Shown here: piece by piece, positions 17,663 to 25,323 of the stretch
Layout: every line of letters begins with the position of its first letter
How positions within the stretch are numbered: the stretch's first letter is position 1
Position numbers and translations under genes: made by a program
The notes under the pieces: generated by a model
Told to the model about the DNA's origin: nothing
The model's input: the letters and a program-made list of their open reading frames with translations, nothing else
Databases searched by the model: none
Assembly (NCBI GenBank): GCA_963840545.1
Contig: CAWIZE010000006.1
Span: 315,682-379,681, forward strand
Reading direction: 5' to 3'
Length of the DNA: 64,000 nt
Source of the DNA: an uncultured Pseudomonadota bacterium
GTDB lineage: Bacteria > Pseudomonadota > Alphaproteobacteria > Acetobacterales > Acetobacteraceae

Positions 17663-17972
17663 CGTCTTTCTCCTTGAACGACGATAGCAAAAATTCCCTC
17701 ACCGCATCGGCGGTGAATTTGACGTAGAGCAGGCCGGCAGGCGACGGCACGTGATGCACGTCCTGGCAGATGCGATGATCGGCATACGCTGTCATCGACT
17801 TATGGAAGTGCGGCCGTTGCATGAGCTGGATGGTCGCGACCATCTCGGCCCGGCCGAAGCCGAGTGCGGCAGCGCCCCTGATGGCGGCGCCTGTAGCGTG
17901 GAGTTTGTCCACGCTGTCGAACGCCCCTTTGAAGGCGTCGAGGTCATAGGTCGGCTTGCGCTTCCCCGTCAC
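17655..17972 (-). CDS. mqsR: type II toxin MqsR (mRNA interferase)
   Basis: FHKSMTAYADHRICQDVHHVP...LYVKFT.....LLSSFKEK aligns with E. coli MqsR (FYKSMTTYSDHTIWQDVY...LYLKIT...IVSFKEK). Confidence 0.88.
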   Translation of the reverse strand: MTGKRKPTYDLDAFKGAFDSVDKLHATGAAIRGAAALGFGRAEMVATIQLMQRPHFHKSMTAYADHRICQDVHHVPSPAGLLYVKFTADAVREFLLSSFKEKDDD

Positions 17973-17980
17973 CCAAGTAT

Positions 17981-18023
17981 ATTACACCATTATGGTGTAA
18001 TGTCAAGGCGCACCTTGATGGTG
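17981..18023. promoter_or_regulatory. two CACC-N5-GGTG palindromes upstream of mqsR, candidate MqsA operators
   Basis: ATTACACCAT-T-ATGGTGTAAT (17981-18001) is a perfect 10-bp-arm palindrome. A second CACCTTGATGGTG lies at 18011-18023. Both sit in the mqsR 5' region. Confidence 0.6.
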
Positions 18024-18165
18024 TATTCCGGCCTTAGAGACCGCCATACGCGCGGTAACCAATATCTTGCGTAGAGTTCGTATAGGCCGTATCATGGATT
18101 TACCGGTCTTACCAAGGATACGGACATGAGCCCTTCTGTCGAGCTCTCCCCAGACATTCGCCCGC

Positions 18166-18687
18166 TTGCAGGCACATGCGGTGCCGCTGGTGGACAATAT
18201 CGAGACCGTCATAAACAGGATGGTCGATTTCTATGAGAGCAGAGACGGGGCACCCGTCGCGGCATCCAAGAACGGCGACCACGAAAAGGTCCGTCAGTTC
18301 AATCCGGCAACGCCTCCGGACCTGACGCACACGAAGGTTCTGTCGATCGAGTTCTGCGGCAGGCTATTCGACCGCAGCCAGACGAACTGGAACGGCCTGC
18401 TCAATGCCGCGATCCGTGAGGCAAAGGGGCGCGCAAAGACGGCGAAGGACCTGAAGTCCCTAATCTCCATCCCCTTTGTGGACGGACAAAAAACCGATGA
18501 AGGCTATCGCTACCTTGCCGACATCGGAATCTCGGTTCAGGGTCAGGACGCCAACGGAGCGTGGCGGGCAGTCTATCACATTGCCCAGCAGATCGGCGAG
18601 CGGGTGCTCGCTACGTTCGTCTGGCGCGAGAAAGAGGGTGCTGCGTTCCCCGGCGTGACGGGCCGCTTCTCGATGTCGGGGCGTTGA
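18166..18687 (+). CDS. hypothetical protein (173 aa, no recognised family)
   Basis: ORF with a TTG start, divergent from mqsRA, between the two MITE copies. No motif recognised. Confidence 0.45.
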   Translation: MQAHAVPLVDNIETVINRMVDFYESRDGAPVAASKNGDHEKVRQFNPATPPDLTHTKVLSIEFCGRLFDRSQTNWNGLLNAAIREAKGRAKTAKDLKSLISIPFVDGQKTDEGYRYLADIGISVQGQDANGAWRAVYHIAQQIGERVLATFVWREKEGAAFPGVTGRFSMSGR

Positions 18688-18734
18688 TATCGGGGCGCGC
18701 GGGGCTTCCCCGGCGTCGATCAGGCGGCGGGCGC

Positions 18735-18923
18735 GTCAATCGGCGCCCAAATTTGATCCCGTCCAGCATAGGCCAAAATGTTCTGATACTGCGGGGTTTT
18801 TCGGAAACCCCGAGGGGTCGCGAGCGGCGCCGAACGTTGACCCTGCTGATCAGCCAATTCCTCGAAGATTACCAACGCATTGGAGGTGGTTCGGGACGGG
18901 GTCAACTTTGGGCGCCGATTGAC
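18735..18923. mobile_element. MITE-like element, copy 2 (189 bp)
   Basis: Ends GTCAATCGGCGCCCAAATTTGATCCCGTCC and GGACGGGGTCAACTTTGGGCGCCGATTGAC (27 of 30 TIR match). Same orientation as copy 1. Confidence 0.75.
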
Positions 18924-19225
18924 AGGCGGGGACCACGGCGCAGTTCCGGGGATCCCTCCGATCCCCCGGTGCCCAGCGGCGCTGCGCCACACCCCACCCC
19001 ACGCCTCGCCCGCTCGCGTCCCACCCCGCGCGCCGCCTTCCTTCCCCCCTCCCGCACATTTCCGGGTGAGCCCCGCTCGCGTTCGCTCGCCTGGCACCGC
19101 CTTCCTTCCCCTCGCCCGCATTTGGCGGGACAGGGTGGCGAGCGGAGCGAGCCGGGTGAGGGCGCCGCCCACCACCACGCCATCACACGGAGGGCGGCCC
19201 TGGAGTCGCGAGCCACCCCATGCTA

Positions 19226-19239
19226 GGTTACATGTAACC
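19226..19239. promoter_or_regulatory. perfect 14-bp palindrome GGTTACATGTAACC, candidate mazEF operator
   Basis: Read directly; it ends 14 nt upstream of the mazE-like ATG at 19254. Confidence 0.45.
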
Positions 19240-19253
19240 GCAAGAGGCGACCC

Positions 19254-19490
19254 ATGCCGGCACCAACCCCTGCCAAGCCGTCGCGCGATAAGGTGCGCGC
19301 CCATCGCGACCGCTTGCGCCGCCATGGCCTCCGCCCGATCCAGATCTGGGTTCCGGACGTGCGGTCACCCTCCTTCAAGGCCGAAGCCCACCGCCAGGCT
19401 CTGGCCGTTGCGAGGAGCGGGCACGCCAAGGAGGACCAGGACTTCATCGATGCCGTTTCCGAACTCGGCCACCCCTCCGACGCGGAATGA
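19254..19490 (+). CDS. mazE: MazE-family antitoxin (DUF3018-like)
   Basis: KVRAHRDRLRRHGLRPIQIWVPDVRSPSFKAEAHRQ is typical of DUF3018/MazE-like antitoxins. There is a 4-bp overlap with the toxin. Confidence 0.8.
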   Translation: MPAPTPAKPSRDKVRAHRDRLRRHGLRPIQIWVPDVRSPSFKAEAHRQALAVARSGHAKEDQDFIDAVSELGHPSDAE

Positions 19491-19831
19491 AGCGCGGCGA
19501 AATCTGGACAGTGGCCGCGGGCCAAGGATACGCGGGCAAGCCGCGGCCCGCCGTGATCCTGCAGGATGATCGGTTCGACGCCACGGACTCGGTCACGCTC
19601 TGCATCGTCACCACCGACCCCACCGACGCGCCTTTGTTCCGTCTGTCGATCGCCCCGAATGAAACGAACGGCCTCCGCGCCCAATGTCGCCTGATGGTCA
19701 ACAAGATCACGACCGTCCCCAAGGCAAGGATCGGCGCTCGCATCGGGCGCCTCAACGACGAGGACGTCGTACACCTCAACCGCGCGGTTATCGTCTTTCT
19801 CGGAATGGCGGGCGCCAACGCCGATGCCTGA
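19487..19831 (+). CDS. mazF: MazF/PemK-family endoribonuclease toxin
   Basis: MKRGEIW.V....GYAGKPRPAVILQDD.......VTLCIVTT is typical of MazF/PemK. Confidence 0.85.
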   Translation: MKRGEIWTVAAGQGYAGKPRPAVILQDDRFDATDSVTLCIVTTDPTDAPLFRLSIAPNETNGLRAQCRLMVNKITTVPKARIGARIGRLNDEDVVHLNRAVIVFLGMAGANADA

Positions 19832-19965
19832 CGAAGGACGAAACATCGCATCCGGCCCGGTGCTTCACCGACCGGCAGCAATAACAGAGATTGCGCAATT
19901 CTTGGCATCACCCTAAATAAGCCACCTGCGGGGCCTACCCGCGCGCGAAGGAGGGCAGGGCGGGC

Positions 19966-20211
19966 GTGAACGTGTCGATCGGCAATCGGTGGGAGAAATT
20001 CGTCGAGCACGCCGTGAAAAGCGGCCGCTACGGCTCCGCGAGCGAGGTCGTCCGTGAGGGGCTCCGCCTCGTCGAAGAGCGCGAGGCGAGGCTCCGCGCG
20101 CTCAAGGAAACTTTGAGCGCCTCAATCGCCGAGGGCGGCAGCTCCACCGACGATGACGTCGCCGCCGCGATCGCGGCCAAGGCCGCCGAGCTCGCCGCAC
20201 AGGGACTCTGA
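19966..20211 (+). CDS. parD: ParD-family (RHH) antitoxin, orphan (no parE downstream)
   Basis: VSIGNRWEKFVEHAVKSGRYGSASEVVREGLRLVEEREARLRALKETL is the ParD signature. GTG start. Confidence 0.8.
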   Translation: MNVSIGNRWEKFVEHAVKSGRYGSASEVVREGLRLVEEREARLRALKETLSASIAEGGSSTDDDVAAAIAAKAAELAAQGL

Positions 20212-20541
20212 GCGCCGCGTCTGCCACGCCCCAGCCAAGCATCGGGGCTCCGAGCCGCCCGGTGGACGATTACCGTCCAGGGTCGGCCACCTGAAAGTTA
20301 GAGCCACCGAGCGCGGGTAAGCCCAAACAGGATCTCTCCCCGGCTCCTTCCATCACGTCAAAGCAGACGCAGGCTTGCGATTTGAACTTGGCGTCGCGCT
20401 CGTGGCACACCCGCTAAGGTGTTCCCAATACAGCGACTTCCTTGCTTGGAGCAACGCACCCGTCTACCCTCCAACTCGAGGAAACCTGACCAAGCGTTCG
20501 GATCAGACCGGCTGCCAGAGACGGAAGGCAAGTAGCGGGAG

Positions 20542-21939
20542 ATGGACGTCGGGTATGGCCCTGAAGCGGAACGCACGCGCCATCTAGCCGAACTCACGCG
20601 CGGTTGGGGTGCGTGGAGCTCAATTTCGCTCTACCTCGACCGGTGTCAGGTCGACACGCCGGACGAACTCGTTAAGGCCACCTGGAGGCACGTTCAGCAG
20701 CTGAGAGACCAAGTTGGAAAGGTGGTAGACTTCGGAGCGGGGGACGGGCGTTTTGCACGCCACGGCCAGTACTCGGAATACCTCGGGTACGAGATCGACC
20801 GCCACCGCTGCTCCGGCGTCGCCCTCCCGAAAAACGCGACCCTGCTAAACCGCTGCGCCTTCTCAGACGAGATCGTCGACGCAGATCTCTCCATCGGCAA
20901 CCCCCCCTTTGTCCGTAACCAGGATCTGCCCGACGGCTGGCGGCAGAAGGCCTCGACCACGCTACTCCGGAGGACAGGAGTGGCAGTCTCGGGCCTCGCA
21001 AACGCGTGGCAGTACTTTTTCCTGCTATCCCTGGCCAGCCTCAAGCCGAATGGGCTGTGCGCACTGGTCATTCCGTACGAATGGGTGTCGCGTCCTTCGG
21101 CCAGGGAGCTACGCAGCTACCTAATAGAACAACGCTGGAATGTCAGCGTATACCGCCTCGTGGATACGACCTTCAACAGCGTGCTTACGACCTCCTCCGT
21201 TACGATCGTTGATAAGGCCCGGCGCGACGGGAGTTGGCTATATTTCGAGGAGAGAAAATCCGGTGCCTACAGGCCGCTGCAGTCGGCCAGCGGCGCAGCC
21301 GACGGCGTAATGCATTATTTGCGGCGTTCCGAGGTCGATCGCAACAGACCACACGCGATCCGCGGTTTGAGCCCTGGAACGCAGAAGGTACTCACCCTCA
21401 CCGAGGGTGAGCGGGTTCGGTTTGGCCTCCAAACCGACCGAGACGTGGTCCCATGTATCACCACACTGCGCCACCTTCCCGGGAATGTGAAAGAGCTCAA
21501 TGAAACCAACTTTCGGAAATTCTACCGCACGCCCGGCCAAAAGTGCTGGCTGATTAGAACCGACATTAAGCCGAGCCGGACACTCCAAGGGTACCTCAAC
21601 GTCGTGCCCGAAGGCGACTATCAGACCAGCACCTGCCTTGAGCGCGACGAGTGGTGGAAATTCAACATGCCACGCGTTCCCCCGCTGCTTATGGCGATGA
21701 GCTTCAAAGGGGAGTTCCCAAAGGCCGTGCGAAACAAGATCTCCGCTCGCGCGGTCGGTGGAGTGTGCGGAATATACAATCTCACCAAAGCCCAAGCTAC
21801 GCGACTAACGTCCGGGCTCGACGGCCTGGACATCCGCCCCCGCATCGTCGCCCACTCAAACGGGCTGCGAAAGATCGAAATCAACCAGCTCAACGCCCTA
21901 CTCGTCGAGGCGCTTCTCCGCGACCCGATCGCAGACTGA
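20542..21939 (+). CDS. N6-adenine DNA methyltransferase (gamma-type, Eco57I-like), no nuclease domain
   Basis: Motif I VVDFGAGDGRF (20722-20754). Motif IV GNPPF (NPPF at 20899-20910). The ~230-aa C-terminal half has no recognisable nuclease motif and is probably a target-recognition domain. Confidence 0.85.
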   Translation: MDVGYGPEAERTRHLAELTRGWGAWSSISLYLDRCQVDTPDELVKATWRHVQQLRDQVGKVVDFGAGDGRFARHGQYSEYLGYEIDRHRCSGVALPKNATLLNRCAFSDEIVDADLSIGNPPFVRNQDLPDGWRQKASTTLLRRTGVAVSGLANAWQYFFLLSLASLKPNGLCALVIPYEWVSRPSARELRSYLIEQRWNVSVYRLVDTTFNSVLTTSSVTIVDKARRDGSWLYFEERKSGAYRPLQSASGAADGVMHYLRRSEVDRNRPHAIRGLSPGTQKVLTLTEGERVRFGLQTDRDVVPCITTLRHLPGNVKELNETNFRKFYRTPGQKCWLIRTDIKPSRTLQGYLNVVPEGDYQTSTCLERDEWWKFNMPRVPPLLMAMSFKGEFPKAVRNKISARAVGGVCGIYNLTKAQATRLTSGLDGLDIRPRIVAHSNGLRKIEINQLNALLVEALLRDPIAD

Positions 21940-21948
21940 AGGCGAACC

Positions 21949-24204
21949 GTGACAGTCCATCATATCCTCGATAAGGGCACACTGACGTTCAGCATCGAAA
22001 GTCGAATACTTCGCGAACTTGGCGAGCGCCTCGTCAAGCAACCGGAGGTAGCCATCGTCGAATTGGTCAAGAACGCTTACGACGCGGACGCCACCGAATG
22101 CACTATCAGCTACGACCCGGGCAACGCGATCACGGTCAAGGACGACGGGCTCGGCATGACGCTCGCGCGCTTCACTGACGGTTGGATGCGCGTCGGCACA
22201 CGCTCGAAAGAAGCAGTGGGCCTTAGCGACAAGTTTGGTCGTCTTATCACTGGCGAGAAGGGCATCGGCCGCTTTGCGGTCCGATTCCTAGGGCGGGCCC
22301 TCCACCTTGAGTCGGTTGCTGACGACCGCGGCCGAGAACGGCGTACCCGCCTAATCACCGATTTCGACTGGCAGTTATTTGACCAGCACGAGGACCTCGG
22401 CGAAGTACGAGTGCCGTACCGGCTGGAGCGTGCCAACGCAGACACCCCGATCGGCACGACGCTCGCTATTACACGACTGCGACCCGAAATTGCGCGGCTC
22501 GACCTACGAAAGGTGCGAACGGGGTCAATTGGCGTGCTCACGCCGCTGCGATCGTTATTCCGCCGAACGCCGGGCACCGATGCGGCGGATCCCCCGAAAC
22601 GAGCGGACCAACCGGACCCCGGATTCACCCTGGAAATCCAAGAAGGCGAAGGCGAAGCTCCGCAGGACGTCGCGGGCGCGATCCTTGAGGGGTTCGTATT
22701 GCGTGCGCGCCTCCAGCTGAGCGGCGACCGGGTCGATCTTCAGGTCTATCGGCGCGACGAACAGAAGCCGTATTTAGCCGTCGTCGATACCTACCACAAC
22801 CAACTCGGGAAGCTGTACACAGACATCCGGTTCTTTCCACGCAGGAAGGGGGCGTTCTCGGAAATGCCGATCGACGGTCGGCAGGTGTCCACATGGATCG
22901 CCGCCAACTCCGGCATCGCGGTCTTTGACCGTGGATTCCAAGTTCAGCCCTACGGCACACCGTCTGATGATTGGCTACGACTGGCCGCGGACAATGCGCG
23001 CAACGAGCGCGCCCCTCGCTCCGATATCGCCAAGAAGCACTTCCCGATGCCTCCACAGGTCCGGGCGTCGACCTCGGAGAATTGGATGCTACGTCTCCCG
23101 CAGTCAGCCCAACTTGTCGGACTTGTCCAAGTGGAGGGCCGGCGGGCCAATGAGCGCGGAGCAGGCGAAGACGACGAGGGGCTTATCGCTTCGGCCGATC
23201 GAGAAGGGTTTGTAGAAAACAATGCCTTCTCTCAACTCCGAGACTTGGTCCGTGGGGCAGTCGAAACGATTGCGTACGCCGACCGGCGTCTCCAACAGGA
23301 ACACGAACAGACAGCGCGTGACGCGCTTGTCAAATCCATCCGCCGAGAGGCGCAGCTAGCAATCAGCGAAGTTCAATCCAACCGCAATATTGCAGCGCCA
23401 GACAAGGCGAGAATTGTTGCGGCGTTGGCCCAGACCCAACAGCTGGCTGAGCGACAGGAGGAGGTCGCCCGGGAGCGCGAACGGCAGCTAGAAATCATGA
23501 GTCTTCTTGGGGTCGTTGCCGGCTTTATGACGCACGAGTTTGGCATCGCATTGCAGGAGCTGGAGACAACGCACGCTGACCTGCTCGTACTTGCAAAAAC
23601 CCAGCCGAAGTTTATCTCGGTTGAGCAAAGAGTCTCTGACCACATCAAGAGCCTGCGCGAGTTCGTCACCTACTCGTCGGCCTACATCCAAGGCACTCGG
23701 AGCAAGCCAACGACGCCCTACCCTGTCAAACCGAGAATACTGCAAGTGAAGCGCATCTTCGGAAGATACGCCGAAGAGCGAAAAATCGAGGTGGAAATTA
23801 ACACCGAACCCGATCTGATGGCGCCGCCCGTTCCAGTTTCGCTCTACAACGGGATAGCTCTCAACCTTTACACCAATGCCCTCAAAGCGGTGACAGCCAA
23901 AACTGGCACTGGTCCCCGAATGATCGCGTTCCGCGCGTGGAACGACAATCGCTGGCATCACCTCGAGGTGTCCGACACAGGTATCGGCATTCCAACGGCA
24001 CTTCGAAGTCGTGTGTTCGATCCACTATTTACGACAACCAACTCCCGACGCGATCCGCTCGGTTCAGGGATGGGGTTAGGCTTGGCCCTAGTGAAACGAG
24101 GCGCCGAAGCGTTTGGCGGCCGCGCCGAGCTTGTCGCCCCACCACCTGACTTCGCAACCTGCGTGCAAGTCCGCTTACCACTGGACGTCGAGGGTGTCCG
24201 CTGA
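21949..24204 (+). CDS. GHKL (MORC/MutL-type, HATPase_c_3-like) ATPase fused to a histidine-kinase core (H-box plus HATPase_c), cytoplasmic
   Basis: N-terminal Bergerat motifs: ELVKNAYDA (22060-22083), DDGLGM (22141-22158), GEKGIGRF (22252-22275). A coiled-coil-like middle region follows. H-box GFMTHEFG (His529 at 23533-23535). C-terminal N, G1, F and G2 boxes: NLYTNALKA, DTGIGI, VFDPLFTT, GSGMGLGL. No TM segment. GTG start. Confidence 0.85.
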   Translation: MTVHHILDKGTLTFSIESRILRELGERLVKQPEVAIVELVKNAYDADATECTISYDPGNAITVKDDGLGMTLARFTDGWMRVGTRSKEAVGLSDKFGRLITGEKGIGRFAVRFLGRALHLESVADDRGRERRTRLITDFDWQLFDQHEDLGEVRVPYRLERANADTPIGTTLAITRLRPEIARLDLRKVRTGSIGVLTPLRSLFRRTPGTDAADPPKRADQPDPGFTLEIQEGEGEAPQDVAGAILEGFVLRARLQLSGDRVDLQVYRRDEQKPYLAVVDTYHNQLGKLYTDIRFFPRRKGAFSEMPIDGRQVSTWIAANSGIAVFDRGFQVQPYGTPSDDWLRLAADNARNERAPRSDIAKKHFPMPPQVRASTSENWMLRLPQSAQLVGLVQVEGRRANERGAGEDDEGLIASADREGFVENNAFSQLRDLVRGAVETIAYADRRLQQEHEQTARDALVKSIRREAQLAISEVQSNRNIAAPDKARIVAALAQTQQLAERQEEVARERERQLEIMSLLGVVAGFMTHEFGIALQELETTHADLLVLAKTQPKFISVEQRVSDHIKSLREFVTYSSAYIQGTRSKPTTPYPVKPRILQVKRIFGRYAEERKIEVEINTEPDLMAPPVPVSLYNGIALNLYTNALKAVTAKTGTGPRMIAFRAWNDNRWHHLEVSDTGIGIPTALRSRVFDPLFTTTNSRRDPLGSGMGLGLALVKRGAEAFGGRAELVAPPPDFATCVQVRLPLDVEGVR

Positions 24205-24932
24205 TGGCCGAACGAAAACCATCGATCCTCCTGATCGACGACAGAGAAGACCTGTTGGGGGACATGCGGGACCAGCTATCAGCGCTCGTGCCAACGGAAG
24301 AGGCAGAGATTAGGATTTGGGTTCCAAGCGACGCCGCCAAGAGCCCCCTAGAGTCCTTCGGAAGCAAGATTGACGATGAAACAATTCTGGTCGTCACGGA
24401 CTATGACCTCACCGGCAGAGGCGTAACCGGCCTATTCGGGGCCACCATAGTGAGCTGGTGCCAATCGCGCGCATTGCCGGTCGGAGACTTCTCGCGGGCC
24501 AACACGGCCTCGATCCCAAAGGAACCGAATCTTTTCGAACTTCGGGTGCCGACGGTCCCGGAGGAGGCAGCGCAGTTCACTGCTTCGGCCTTTCGAGGTT
24601 TCAAGCGGTTCCGCGACCTCATCGTCGCCAACGAAGGCACGTCGTCTGCGAAGGGCAGCCCGGCAGCCGCACTCGCGTCACTCCTTGGTCGCCCGCACTT
24701 GGAGAGCCAATTTACGCTCTACATGTCCCGACTTGGGTCCGCGAACTCGTCGCTGTTCGACCGTCTTCGGAATTCTGTCTCTCCTGAGGAGGCCCCGGAG
24801 AAAGACAAAAAGGCGCGGCTTCTCGCGTACGTTCTTGGGCACGTTCTGCTGAACGCTGTCCTGAAGTACCCGGACCGATCCTTTCAATACAGGCTCTCTG
24901 TGCTTACGTCGCCACGGTGCCGGCCGAGATAG
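24204..24932 (+). CDS. receiver (REC)-like domain protein, terminated by a TAG that is in frame with the next ORF
   Basis: SILLIDD (Asp12/13) and ILVVTDYDL (Asp66 at 24399-24401) resemble receiver acidic-pocket and phospho-acceptor positions. The start overlaps the upstream stop (TGATG). Confidence 0.6.
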   Translation: MAERKPSILLIDDREDLLGDMRDQLSALVPTEEAEIRIWVPSDAAKSPLESFGSKIDDETILVVTDYDLTGRGVTGLFGATIVSWCQSRALPVGDFSRANTASIPKEPNLFELRVPTVPEEAAQFTASAFRGFKRFRDLIVANEGTSSAKGSPAAALASLLGRPHLESQFTLYMSRLGSANSSLFDRLRNSVSPEEAPEKDKKARLLAYVLGHVLLNAVLKYPDRSFQYRLSVLTSPRCRPR

Positions 24933-25307
24933 GTGCCATCGCCCCATTGTTCGCTGAGGCTAAGTACCGATGGGCCGTTCTCCGAGCAAGGAAGGTACTT
25001 TTGGCGCGAGGACGTCGATGACGCACTCGACACGATGGCAGCCTCGCTTGCAGATGAGGGGTTCGAGGAATTTGGAGATTTTAACAGAAAAGCCGTGGAG
25101 ATTAAGCTTGGTCGATCGCTGGCCACCCACGAATGCACACGTTGCGGAGGCCGAAAGGGCGGCTTTCTTTGCCCTTTTACACAAAGGCCAGTCTGCCAAC
25201 GCCCAGACTGCTCGGTGCCCGCAAGCGGCTGGATCCCTGAGGGCGCGCAGCTATGCCGTGTGGAGCGCGGATTCTATGACGAATGGGCTCCCTTACTTGG
25301 CCTCTGA
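24933..25307 (+). CDS. Cys-rich ORF in the same frame as 24204..24932 (continuation or separate GTG-start gene)
   Basis: It begins at the codon immediately after TAG 24930-24932. It contains CTRCGG....CPF.....CQRPDC......C, a zinc-ribbon-like pattern. Confidence 0.45.
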   Translation: MPSPHCSLRLSTDGPFSEQGRYFWREDVDDALDTMAASLADEGFEEFGDFNRKAVEIKLGRSLATHECTRCGGRKGGFLCPFTQRPVCQRPDCSVPASGWIPEGAQLCRVERGFYDEWAPLLGL

Positions 25308-25323
25308 CGACTGACCCGCGATT

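Noticed and set aside
20212-20541. Search for a parE remnant or a controller (C-protein) gene upstream of the methyltransferase
   Set aside because: None of the six frames shows a ParE-like or HTH-like sequence. The ORFs 20358..20597 and 20375..20587 are low-complexity and mutually antisense.
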